Positions 53,758 through 61,863 of a DNA stretch of 64,000 nucleotides are shown piece by piece. Each line of letters begins with the position of its first letter. The first letter of the stretch is position 1. Both the position numbers and the translations under genes were made by a program. Location of the stretch: positions 3,178 through 67,177 of IMG/VR virus record IMGVR_UViG_3300048861_000043; one strand, written 5' to 3'. The notes below the pieces were generated by a model that saw nothing but the letters and a program-made list of their open reading frames with translations, had not been told where the DNA came from and made no database searches. This stretch comes from a virus (lineage: Duplodnaviria; Caudoviricetes).

Positions 53758-54224
53758 CTGATAGAACCACTTTTGATCCTGACGCTCTGCGTAAGGAATT
53801 CGCCGACTACTGCACCGATGTTGAGCCGTGTATCAAGGCTAAAGCGCCCAGGTTAAACCAGCTTGAAACTCTAGCGCTGATAGGAATGACGCTGTTTCAG
53901 GCGGCGAAAGAGCTAAAGGCCGAGAAGGTTGATCAAGCAGCGCGTATCGCCGATCTTGAGGCGTCGCTGCAAGCATCCCGCCGCGCGGCGCTGGAGGAAC
54001 TGTTGCAGCATATTCCGACGACCCCTGAACAGATGATCGATTTCATCGGGTCGAACTTCGACAGCATGCAAGCAGACGGATGGACCGACACGCTCCCATC
54101 AAAGCCTACCGGCGATCTCAGCATGGTCCGTTACTCACTAACGGTGCATGACCTGCTTAGCGCGTTCGAGTGGTCGAACTTGGACGCTTCCGCCATACGC
54201 GCTCTTGCTGGAGCCACAGAATGA
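53754..54224 (+). CDS. Modular hypothetical protein
   Basis: GTGA coupling; PEQM..FIG..F module; ends IRALAG. Confidence 0.65.
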   Translation: MTDRTTFDPDALRKEFADYCTDVEPCIKAKAPRLNQLETLALIGMTLFQAAKELKAEKVDQAARIADLEASLQASRRAALEELLQHIPTTPEQMIDFIGSNFDSMQADGWTDTLPSKPTGDLSMVRYSLTVHDLLSAFEWSNLDASAIRALAGATE

Positions 54225-54309
54225 CTGACGGAAAGATTACCGAACTATGGCGCCGCATGAATCAGAAATCCTATGACTTCGCGGCTATGGTCGCAAGGGT
54301 AAAAAGCAA

Positions 54310-54567
54310 ATGAACGAACGCGATCAGTTTGAGGCGCACATCAAAAGCGCAGCCTGGTATCTGGTCCTGTCTGAAGCCGCTAAGGATGATGACGACGGCG
54401 CGAGCATCTTTCGTATGGCGCGCATCGCTGCGAGTGAGGCATGGGACGCATCCCGTCGAACGTCGCTGGATCGCTGCGCCGACATCCTGGCAAATGTATC
54501 GGCGCACGGAGGCGATATGAACGCAGCGATCGGATTGATCCGCGCTCTTGCTGGAACAGAGACGTGA
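54310..54567 (+). CDS. Hypothetical protein
   Basis: MNER..FEA...AW.ASRR...IRALAG. Confidence 0.65.
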   Translation: MNERDQFEAHIKSAAWYLVLSEAAKDDDDGASIFRMARIAASEAWDASRRTSLDRCADILANVSAHGGDMNAAIGLIRALAGTET

Positions 54568-54604
54568 TCAACGGTTATCTGACAATGACAGCTTGGGGTG
54601 GGAA

Positions 54605-55048
54605 ATGGGTGATTTGATTCAGCGGCTGCGCGATCGCGCCAGCAGATTTCGTGGATATGTGGATGGTCGTGGCGCGGCATCGAGCGAACTGGACGAAGCC
54701 GCCGACGCTCTCGAAGCCGCGAATGCCCGCATAGCCGGGTTGGAGGCTGCCCGCATAGCCTACGCCAGCGAGTTCCCGCCAGACGCAGAAGGCTTGCCCG
54801 ATGTTGGGAGTATTCACGCGAATATTCGGGCGATGAAAGTAGCTATGTTGCCCGACTACGAACGCAAGTTCCGGCGCGAAATCACCGAACTCGTAATGCG
54901 CCATATAGACCGCATGGGCGATATCTGCGAGCAGGACCCAGCCGAGCAAATCATTAAAAGTTTCGAAAAACAGTTCGACCCGATCTTTGATGAATATCTG
55001 GCAAAGAAATTTCCGGGCCGCGAGGTGCTGTCCAAGGAGAACACATGA
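54605..55048 (+). CDS. Hypothetical protein
   Basis: DLI.RLR...EAADALE...YASEF...PD.GSIH.NIR. Confidence 0.7.
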   Translation: MGDLIQRLRDRASRFRGYVDGRGAASSELDEAADALEAANARIAGLEAARIAYASEFPPDAEGLPDVGSIHANIRAMKVAMLPDYERKFRREITELVMRHIDRMGDICEQDPAEQIIKSFEKQFDPIFDEYLAKKFPGREVLSKENT

Positions 55049-55344
55049 AACCCTACGCCGTAGTCGTGAGCTTCAATATGATCGTGATGGCGGAAGACGA
55101 TGCCGATGCCTATCACTGTGCGCGTGAGAACGCATCCGAAGCTTGGGGCGATACCTACGATCCGAAATTCGAAGTGTGCGAGGACATGAAGACCGAGGCC
55201 GATCTAAAACGCTACAAGTGGGACGGCCAATGCATCCCCTATGGCGGCGACGGTAACACGCGACTGAGCGACATTCTCGCGGCGGTAGAAGCTGAACCCA
55301 CGCGCGACGACAAGACCATCGACATGTTTGCGGAGCCGCAATGA
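55045..55344 (+). CDS. Acidic hypothetical protein
   Basis: AAGGAG RBS; RD.KT.DMF C-terminus. Confidence 0.7.
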   Translation: MKPYAVVVSFNMIVMAEDDADAYHCARENASEAWGDTYDPKFEVCEDMKTEADLKRYKWDGQCIPYGGDGNTRLSDILAAVEAEPTRDDKTIDMFAEPQ

Positions 55345-55459
55345 CTTACTCGCATGCAAACCAAACCGCCCGCATGATCGACTGGCTATTCGCGCGCTTT
55401 CCGAATCAGCCGGTGAGGTGCGCTTTGATGGTTGGGATTCTTTGTGGGAGGGAGGGGCG

Positions 55460-55648
55460 ATGAAAGCCTATTTGCTCGAAGACGGAATGCTGCATGTGGT
55501 AGCGGAAAGCGCCCTTGAGGCATACGCACTCCGAAAGTGGGGCATCGATAATTTCCCCGTTGGCGCGAACGAATACCGAAACATCATCATCGATCATTCA
55601 TTTGTTTCTCAAGGCGTTCTCGTGAGCAAGAATTGGGAGGTCGCATGA
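55460..55648 (+). CDS. Hypothetical protein
   Basis: GGAGG RBS; MKAYLLEDG.L.V..ES..E.YAL..W. Confidence 0.65.
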   Translation: MKAYLLEDGMLHVVAESALEAYALRKWGIDNFPVGANEYRNIIIDHSFVSQGVLVSKNWEVA

Positions 55649-55806
55649 CCCAATGGAAATGCCACCACGGCTTTACCCTGAGCCAGCAATGCCGCGAATG
55701 CGAAATTCTCATGGCAATCAAGGTGATCAACACATGGAAGCCGGAAGTCGAAGCGGCCGAACGGCGAATCGAAGAACTGACCAAGGAGCAGCCATGCACC
55801 TCCTAA
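55645..55806 (+). CDS. Small Cys/His protein (53 aa)
   Basis: Own translation MTQWKCHHG...C.EC...; ATGA coupling. Confidence 0.55.
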   Translation: MTQWKCHHGFTLSQQCRECEILMAIKVINTWKPEVEAAERRIEELTKEQPCTS

Positions 55807-55946
55807 CCCTATACCTCCTGATCGGCCTCTCCTTCACCCTGATCGAAGCGCAAGGTCGTCGACCATCGTTTGACCTGATATGGCTCTGGCCGCTGGCTTT
55901 GGTGTCGGTTTTTTGTGGAGTGGTTTTGGAAGGAGAGGAACTGTGA
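55794..55946 (+). CDS. Small membrane protein
   Basis: AAGGAG RBS; two hydrophobic segments. Confidence 0.6.
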   Translation: MHLLTLYLLIGLSFTLIEAQGRRPSFDLIWLWPLALVSVFCGVVLEGEEL

Positions 55947-56185
55947 GCTACTTCACGTTGCAATGCGCCGCCTGCGGCAAGACGCAGGCTATGGAAGGAC
56001 CGGCGCCTCAATTCGGCGTGCACATCATGGATGCTTGCGATGTGGCGGGCTGGGGCTATCTGACCGACTATCGACTCGTCATTGTAGTCTGCGATGACGA
56101 ATGCGGCGAGGCCATGCTGACGAAGAAAGGTCAACTCAGGCGACGTAAGCCGGTCGGATTCGTCAAGGAGAAGCGAGCGGCATGA
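55943..56185 (+). CDS. Zinc-finger-like hypothetical protein
   Basis: C..CG...C...C; GTGA coupling. Confidence 0.65.
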   Translation: MSYFTLQCAACGKTQAMEGPAPQFGVHIMDACDVAGWGYLTDYRLVIVVCDDECGEAMLTKKGQLRRRKPVGFVKEKRAA

Positions 56186-56243
56186 TCGAAGCAGCACAAC
56201 GAATTTTAGCCGTCACGCGAGAGGCGTGGCTGGGAGGAATGGA

Positions 56244-56453
56244 ATGAACGAACCGATTGCACAGATTGCGCCCGCTCCGTATGTGACCGTGACGCTAGCT
56301 GCCACAATAACTGGTCTGACCGAGAAGGCGATTCGCAGGAAGATCGAAGAAGGGAAATGGGTTGAGGGCCGGGAATACCGCCGCTCACCAGATGGTGGAA
56401 TTTTCATTTCGCTGAAGGGGTATCAGCAATGGGTAGAACGACTGGCTGCTTGA
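56244..56453 (+). CDS. xis: Excisionase
   Basis: TG.T.KAIRRKI..G.W.EG.EY...PDG....S..GY..WV; precedes int. Confidence 0.85.
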   Translation: MNEPIAQIAPAPYVTVTLAATITGLTEKAIRRKIEEGKWVEGREYRRSPDGGIFISLKGYQQWVERLAA

Positions 56454-56503
56454 TAGAGGGGCGGCGGTCCTCAGGAAAAATGAAAGCGGTAGGGAGATAA
56501 ATT

Positions 56504-57682
56504 ATGGGAAGGACCACGGGCGGCGTAGAAATTCGGGAAAAGTCCATCCGTCTGCACTTCACTGTAGACGGAAGCAGGAAGCGCCCAACACTCATGGTGA
56601 ATGGCAAACCCATGCTTCCCACGCCTGCCAATGTGAAGTACGCCAATCGCCTGATTATCGAGATTTGCGAGCGCATCCGAACGGGAACGTTCAGTTTTGT
56701 CGAATATTTCCCCGCCAGCGGAGGGCCAACCACGTTGACGGTCGAGAGTTGGCTTGCTTCATGGCTCGGAACGCAGCGCGTCGAAGATTCCACTAGGCGC
56801 GGGTACAAGACCGCGATCAGGTTCTGGAATGAAGCCGTCTGTGATGAGGCGCAGAACCGGATCGGGCCGAAGGCGCTGAAGAACCTGAGGCTTACACACA
56901 TCCTGACAGCTATCGCCAATCGGCCAGAATTGAGCGGGAAGACGATCAACAACTACCTAGCCGTTTTGAGGCAGGCCATGGCCCTCGCGGAGACTGAGAA
57001 ACTGATTTCCGCCAACATCTCAATGGAGGTTCCCCGCGCCCGGCACCAGAAGCCGCCGCCCGATCCCTTCGCACGAGACGAAGTTGAGCGGATTATCGGG
57101 GAAACGGCGAGAGCGCATGCGGGGAGCGTTCACAACATGGTCGAATTCTGGTTCTGGACCGGACTGCGAACGTCTGAAATTCTTGGTCTTGACTGGAAAA
57201 ATGTTGACCTCGCCAGCTCAACCGTCCTTATCGCAAACGTCCTGGTTGATGGTAAGGAGAAGGATCGAACCAAGACGTCAGTCGCGCGCACGGTCATGTT
57301 GAACAGCCGCGCCCTGGATGCAATCAGGCGCCAGAGAGAAGTCAGCCTTGTCATTGGAGGGCGGGTCTTCCACGATCCGCGGTATAACGAGCCATGGAAG
57401 AACGAGGACATATTCCTGCGGGCGTACTGGAGCGGAATTCTCAAGCGGCTGGGAATACGATACCGGCGCCCGTACAACATGCGACATAGCTACGCCACGG
57501 CGATGCTGATGGCCGGGATGACGCCAGCCTTTTGCGCCCGCCAACTGGGGCACAGCGTGGAGATGTTTCTCAGCACTTATGCCAAGTGGCTGGACGGATC
57601 GCAGAACGATATGGAGATGGCTCGTCTCGAAGCGTCATTGTCCCCAAACGGTCCCCGAAAGAAAAATTCGACGCGCAAGTAA
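56504..57682 (+). CDS. int: Tyrosine integrase with N-terminal arm-binding domain
   Basis: TGLR.SE, K, Y.MRHSY, QLGH...TY catalytic boxes; SIR..F arm domain. Confidence 0.96.
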   Translation: MGRTTGGVEIREKSIRLHFTVDGSRKRPTLMVNGKPMLPTPANVKYANRLIIEICERIRTGTFSFVEYFPASGGPTTLTVESWLASWLGTQRVEDSTRRGYKTAIRFWNEAVCDEAQNRIGPKALKNLRLTHILTAIANRPELSGKTINNYLAVLRQAMALAETEKLISANISMEVPRARHQKPPPDPFARDEVERIIGETARAHAGSVHNMVEFWFWTGLRTSEILGLDWKNVDLASSTVLIANVLVDGKEKDRTKTSVARTVMLNSRALDAIRRQREVSLVIGGRVFHDPRYNEPWKNEDIFLRAYWSGILKRLGIRYRRPYNMRHSYATAMLMAGMTPAFCARQLGHSVEMFLSTYAKWLDGSQNDMEMARLEASLSPNGPRKKNSTRK

Positions 57683-57850
57683 CTGAAATTTATAGGCAAT
57701 TTTCGAATGAGCGGCGGGTACGTTGCCCATTTCAAGGCGCATTGTACGGGTTTCTAGGGGTTTGTAGGGTATACACTCCATTGATTCGATTGGGATTTTA
57801 CAGATTGCGTGCCCCTATGCATCCCGCCATTGTCCCCGAGATTGTCCCCA
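57638..57850. other. Candidate intact attP
   Basis: Paired arm-type repeats (T/G)GTCCCC 12 bp apart at 57638/57650 and 57830/57842 flanking a non-coding core. Confidence 0.6.
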
Positions 57851-57878
57851 GAAAGCGCGCTTCTGATTTTGTGGGATA

Positions 57879-57894
57879 CTGTACAAATATACAG
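57879..57894. promoter_or_regulatory. lexA box: LexA (SOS) box
   Basis: CTGT-ACAAATAT-ACAG within TACTGT...ACAGT, 12 nt before ATG 57907. Confidence 0.85.
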
Positions 57895-57906
57895 TGCCTT
57901 TCCGCC

Positions 57907-58236
57907 ATGGACACGCTCCCCCAATTCGACCCACCGCAATACGCCGAACTCCGCGAATGGTGGCAAAAGTACCGCGGCAATCCCGACGTCATGCGGCTGA
58001 TTCTTGAGGTCCAGACACAACGCTATGCCCTTGCCGAGATGCGGACAATGGCCGAAGCCATTCATCGGCAAGCTGCCGAGGAGGCGCCAGAATTGCTGCA
58101 CAATGGAAGGATGCTGCCGAAGCTTCACAGGAAGCTCGAGCAGGATCTGAAGCGGGTCGGCAGGGTGTATCCCGAGCACAAGATGAGCAAGTCAGAGGCT
58201 GAGCGGATCAAGGTCCGCGCCAAGGATTATGACTGA
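57907..58236 (+). CDS. SOS-box-controlled hypothetical protein
   Basis: MDTLPQFDPPQYAELREWW...V.RLILEV. Confidence 0.7.
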   Translation: MDTLPQFDPPQYAELREWWQKYRGNPDVMRLILEVQTQRYALAEMRTMAEAIHRQAAEEAPELLHNGRMLPKLHRKLEQDLKRVGRVYPEHKMSKSEAERIKVRAKDYD

Positions 58237-58280
58237 CTAGGCCCACTTCCTGCTGCAAACCTGCACCCACAGGAGGCCCC

Positions 58281-58574
58281 ATGAAACTCGAAAACTTCAA
58301 ATCGCAACTCTCGATGCTGCTGCAGGACCTGCCGATCGGCACGACCGCAGACCTGACGGATTTCGCGGTCGCTTACTGGGGCGGGCGTCATGTGGTCTAC
58401 GCCTTCCTGAGCGAAGACAGGGGCGACCAGATCGACGAGGAGTTTGACCTGGACGACTACCACTGGGCGGAGTGGGAAGCGGAGTTTTCCGCCTGGGCTG
58501 AAGCGCCGAAATTCAGCGAGCGGCCCGAGGTGTTGCAGTGGATCAAGGATGCGCCGCCGCATGAGGCTGGCTAG
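58281..58574 (+). CDS. Acidic hypothetical protein
   Basis: AGGAGG RBS; 97 aa Trp/Asp/Glu-rich. Confidence 0.75.
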   Translation: MKLENFKSQLSMLLQDLPIGTTADLTDFAVAYWGGRHVVYAFLSEDRGDQIDEEFDLDDYHWAEWEAEFSAWAEAPKFSERPEVLQWIKDAPPHEAG

Positions 58575-58583
58575 GAGTCTGTC

Positions 58584-58793
58584 ATGGCCGTGCAGTCGGA
58601 ACTCGTTCAGGCGCTGCTAGTCGCCCGCTACACGCTCGTCATTCACGACGGCATGAAGGTGACCAGCGAGGGCGAGTCGTGGACGCTGGATTTCACGGAG
58701 CAACTGGCGAGGATTGACGCGGCGCTTCAGAGTGCCGGCATAGACACGACCAAGCCAATGGTTGCACCGGTCCGGTGGGCAGACGCCGACTGA
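58584..58793 (+). CDS. Hypothetical protein
   Basis: AGGAG RBS; TGATG coupling to ligase. Confidence 0.75.
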   Translation: MAVQSELVQALLVARYTLVIHDGMKVTSEGESWTLDFTEQLARIDAALQSAGIDTTKPMVAPVRWADAD

Positions 58794-59419
58794 TGGACGC
58801 GTCCGATTTGATGCTAGCGACGCTTTTCAAGCGCCCCTTCTCCGATCCTGAGTGGCTGTACGAAATCAAGTACGACGGCTTTCGCTGCCTCATCCTGAAG
58901 GCCGGTGATCGAGTGGACCTGATCAGCCGGAACGGAAATTCGTTCAACGGCTCGTTTCCCGAGGTCGTCGCCGCGGTCTCCGTCATTCCCGGAGACTTCG
59001 CATGGGACGCTGAACTGACCGTTGATGACGCCAGCGGACGACCATCGTTCGAACGCCTGCAACGACGGGCCGTCACGAGAACAGCGAAGAATGTCAAAGC
59101 CGCGGCCAGGCTCGACCCGGCCAGACTCTATGTCTTCGATGCGCTGTCGATCGACGGCGATGATTTGCGAGGACTACCGCTGACCCAACGAAAGGCGCGC
59201 TTGCGTGACTCGTTCGACGACACGAAGACGACAATCTATGCAAGCGGAATCGAGGAAGTCGGAGAGTGGGTATTTGCGAAGGCGGTAAGTTTGGATCTGG
59301 AAGGGATGGTTGCTAAGCGGCTAGACTCGACTTACCAGCGGGGCCGCTCGCGCGATTGGTTAAAGATAAAATATGCTGGGTACAGCCGGCCGGGTGCCTT
59401 GGGATTTGGAAGGAAATAG
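58793..59419 (+). CDS. Stand-alone ATP-dependent DNA ligase (LigD ligase-like adenylation domain only)
   Basis: W.YE.KYDGFR...SRNG...DAEL...FD.L...L..RK..L...EG.VAKR..S.Y..GRS..WLK.K. Confidence 0.92.
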   Translation: MDASDLMLATLFKRPFSDPEWLYEIKYDGFRCLILKAGDRVDLISRNGNSFNGSFPEVVAAVSVIPGDFAWDAELTVDDASGRPSFERLQRRAVTRTAKNVKAAARLDPARLYVFDALSIDGDDLRGLPLTQRKARLRDSFDDTKTTIYASGIEEVGEWVFAKAVSLDLEGMVAKRLDSTYQRGRSRDWLKIKYAGYSRPGALGFGRK

Positions 59420-59447
59420 ACGCGCCAGCGATGCTGGGCTAAGGAGA

Positions 59448-59612
59448 ATGATGGAACAGAGCGCCTACGACCTGGGTTACAAAGCGGCAGAGGACTTATA
59501 TACCGGCAAAGTCGGATCGGCAGAGTGTCCTTATCCGAACGGATCTGAAGACGCTACCGAATGGTACGCCGGAAATGGCGACTTCTATAGCTTCTTGGAA
59601 TCGGAAGACTGA
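59448..59612 (+). CDS. Rmf/CrpP-fold-like small protein
   Basis: AAGGAG RBS; AYDLGYKAA...ECPYP...W..G pattern. Confidence 0.55.
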   Translation: MMEQSAYDLGYKAAEDLYTGKVGSAECPYPNGSEDATEWYAGNGDFYSFLESED

Positions 59613-59663
59613 CGCGCCGCTAGTGCGCTAAGTGATGTGCGCTCAAGGGCGTGGGAGGCGGGG

Positions 59664-59819
59664 ATGCTTGATATCAACGACAGCAAGTTGCGAATCGCTT
59701 TCAAGCCACTTGGCGACTGCAAGTGGTGGCGTCTTACATGGCGCGGATTCGTGCTTGGGCACTATTCGTCGTTTGCATCGGCGTGCAAGTTTGCTGCCGC
59801 CTATGGGAAGGTCGTTTGA
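59664..59819 (+). CDS. Small hypothetical protein
   Basis: GGAGG RBS; MLDINDSKLRIAF... Confidence 0.5.
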   Translation: MLDINDSKLRIAFKPLGDCKWWRLTWRGFVLGHYSSFASACKFAAAYGKVV

Positions 59820-59895
59820 TTGATCGTCGCCAATGGCGAGAGAAGAGGGGTGCCGCCCAAGGCCTAAGCCTCGGACGGGATACAGCAGCTTGAAA

Positions 59896-60477
59896 CTATG
59901 CCAGCGCCTGAATAACCCGGGCGATAGCGTGATCCTGCACATTGGGAAACGGCAACGCCGGCTTGCCGATATGCGTCAGCAGAGCGGCATGATTCCACCC
60001 GGGCGGAACATCGGGCACGATGTCGAGACCGTTCTTGTAAAGATGGACCGGTACCTTGGCGAGTAGCGTCCTAATCGTCAGATCGGGACTCACGCGCGGC
60101 GGCTCGAAGCCGAACACAGCGGCGGGCGGACTGCCCGCAAGCGTCATATCCATTGCGCACATGATCGCAATCGCGGCACCCAACGAATGACCAACCAGCG
60201 TCACGGGCTGTCCCGAGATAGCCGCCAGCACTGGCCCCGAGATAGCTCGCCACGCATCGAGGAACCCGCGATGCACATCGCCAGCGCCAAGCACGGATAC
60301 GGGCACAACGTCGAAGTCCGCGCCCCAGCCGTCAAGATTTTCCGTACCGGTGAAGGCTATGCAAAGCCCGGCCTCGGTGTGCCGCACGATGGCTTGTGAA
60401 GCGCTGCCATCAACTCCAATATCGGGCGTTGCGGTGTAGGCTTCCTGCGCCAGCAACGCATAGTCGCGCGGCGACAT
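59896..60477 (-). CDS. Class 3 lipase (alpha/beta hydrolase)
   Basis: AF.GT...W..D...VH.GF...VGHSLG...F.PP.V...D.VP.VP...H. Confidence 0.9.
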   Translation of the reverse strand: MSPRDYALLAQEAYTATPDIGVDGSASQAIVRHTEAGLCIAFTGTENLDGWGADFDVVPVSVLGAGDVHRGFLDAWRAISGPVLAAISGQPVTLVGHSLGAAIAIMCAMDMTLAGSPPAAVFGFEPPRVSPDLTIRTLLAKVPVHLYKNGLDIVPDVPPGWNHAALLTHIGKPALPFPNVQDHAIARVIQALA

Positions 60478-60813
60478 TTACTGGCTCGCAGCAACAGGCG
60501 CCGAAGCCGCAGCAGGCGCGGACGCCGCCGGAGCGGTAGCCACAATCGCCTTGTTAATCGCGCAGAACATGCCGTTTGCGCCGGCAGCGATCTGTACGCC
60601 TGGATTTGCGGTTGCAGCGGCAGCCGCACTTGCGAACGCCTCGCCAGCCGGGCAGGCCGCAACGATCGAAGTTGCGACGGTCTGTAATGCGCCAGAGGCT
60701 GCGCCGTTGATCGCTGCGACGTTACCGGCAGCAGTTTGGATTTGCGAGGCGGAACAGGCGCCGAGCGCGATAGACGCGACAAGGCCTGCCGCGAGGCATA
60801 GATTTTTCAGCAC
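60478..60813 (-). CDS. Lipoprotein with Pro/Ala tail
   Basis: GTG start; lipobox ALGA-C; two further Cys; stop codon abuts the lipase start. Confidence 0.8.
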   Translation of the reverse strand: MLKNLCLAAGLVASIALGACSASQIQTAAGNVAAINGAASGALQTVATSIVAACPAGEAFASAAAAATANPGVQIAAGANGMFCAINKAIVATAPAASAPAAASAPVAASQ

Positions 60814-60871
60814 GGGGATACTCCAGAAGGTCGCCGCGAGCGCGGCAGGATAAGGCAGGCTAAGGCAGGGA

Positions 60872-61081
60872 TTAAGCGGTGGGGGCTTGCTTTGCGGCGG
60901 TGCGGGCGGCGATGAAGTTCAGGCCCGCATGTACCGCAGCAGCGAGCAGACCGGTGACGAGCACCGAGACGCTTTCAGGCGCAGGCGAGTGGAACATGGC
61001 CGTGAGCGCCCAGCTAACTGCGGGCTCGAGAGTGGCGGCGCTTACGGTGATGCCGCCGGTGGTTAAGCTGGTTCCGTTCAT
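60872..61081 (-). CDS. Holin-like small membrane protein
   Basis: 69 aa; two hydrophobic segments; basic C-terminus. Confidence 0.55.
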   Translation of the reverse strand: MNGTSLTTGGITVSAATLEPAVSWALTAMFHSPAPESVSVLVTGLLAAAVHAGLNFIAARTAAKQAPTA

Positions 61082-61509
61082 GAGTGCTCCTGTTCGTCTT
61101 CGCTAAAAATGAAATCGTCGCGCTTGATCCGCTGCATTTCCCAGATGGGTAGAGGAATCATGTGGATCCCGTGGCCGGGCCCGCGGTGGTGCTTCTCGCA
61201 GAGAATCCGCATGTTGTATTCGCTGTCGATGAAGTCGGATGGATCCTTGAAGGTCGACCAGTCGAAGCCAGGGTGCAGGACGCGCATCTTGTCCCAGTCG
61301 ATACCGTCGCTGTCAGCCCATTCGGCATGCCAGTGGTGAACCTCGCGCTTGTCCTTCGTGCCGCATACCCAACACGGGGTATCGAGCACAGCGACCAGGT
61401 GATGCTTGGTCTTGCGGAACAGTGCTGATTCGGTACGCGGGGGATGGTCGGGATAGAAAACGCTGAAGTGCAGCGTTTCAGACTGCTCGTGTTCGTGTGC
61501 GATTTTCAT
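61078..61509 (-). CDS. HNH-like Cys/His protein coupled to holin-like gene
   Basis: CWVCG...EVHH...N...LCEKHHR...GIH. Confidence 0.65.
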   Translation of the reverse strand: MKIAHEHEQSETLHFSVFYPDHPPRTESALFRKTKHHLVAVLDTPCWVCGTKDKREVHHWHAEWADSDGIDWDKMRVLHPGFDWSTFKDPSDFIDSEYNMRILCEKHHRGPGHGIHMIPLPIWEMQRIKRDDFIFSEDEQEHS

Positions 61510-61515
61510 AGGCGT

Positions 61516-61539
61516 AAAAAAACCGCCCGAAGGCGGCTT
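61516..61539 (-). terminator. Intrinsic terminator-like hairpin
   Basis: AAGCCGCC-TTCG-GGCGGTTTTTTT. Confidence 0.65.
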
Positions 61540-61557
61540 GTGATGGAGGCGGGAAAG

Positions 61558-61842
61558 CTATCTGACTGAGAGCAGGAACGATCTGACGTCAGTTCGTCCC
61601 GCGCTGGTTGTGATCATTCCCGTGACGGTGTAAGACTGTCCCGACGTGCCGCCCGAAAGCCAGAACACGACGACGCCGCCACTTACTGACGCGGGCGTAG
61701 AAAGAGTGATCCCTGCTGGCACCGTGACATTGGCCGTCGCGATTGTTTCGCCCGAAGCGAGCCAAGCAGTCCAGTCGATTTCGTAATCGAGGACGGCCAG
61801 CGGGTTCTTATTAGGAATTTGATTGAGAAATGGGACCGCCAT
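61558..61842 (-). CDS. Fibre-tail adaptor-like Ig-fold protein
   Basis: K.P..VLDY..DW..WL..GETI...WLSGG..G..Y.VT..ITTS.GR...R. Confidence 0.75.
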   Translation of the reverse strand: MAVPFLNQIPNKNPLAVLDYEIDWTAWLASGETIATANVTVPAGITLSTPASVSGGVVVFWLSGGTSGQSYTVTGMITTSAGRTDVRSFLLSVR

Positions 61843-61863
61843 TACCGCTCCAATGGACGAGTT

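Noticed and set aside
25169-56453. Many proteins end in -EAA/-KAA as if carrying a shared tag
   Set aside because: Mostly explained by an SD (GGAGG) plus GCATGA/GCGTGA stop-start overlap used for translational coupling
57059-57067. 9-nt match in int to the 44915-44924 RNA loop
   Set aside because: Too short to be significant and lacks a second site
59833-60066. 77-aa plus-strand ORF
   Set aside because: Mostly overlaps the lipase 3' end on the opposite strand; no RBS
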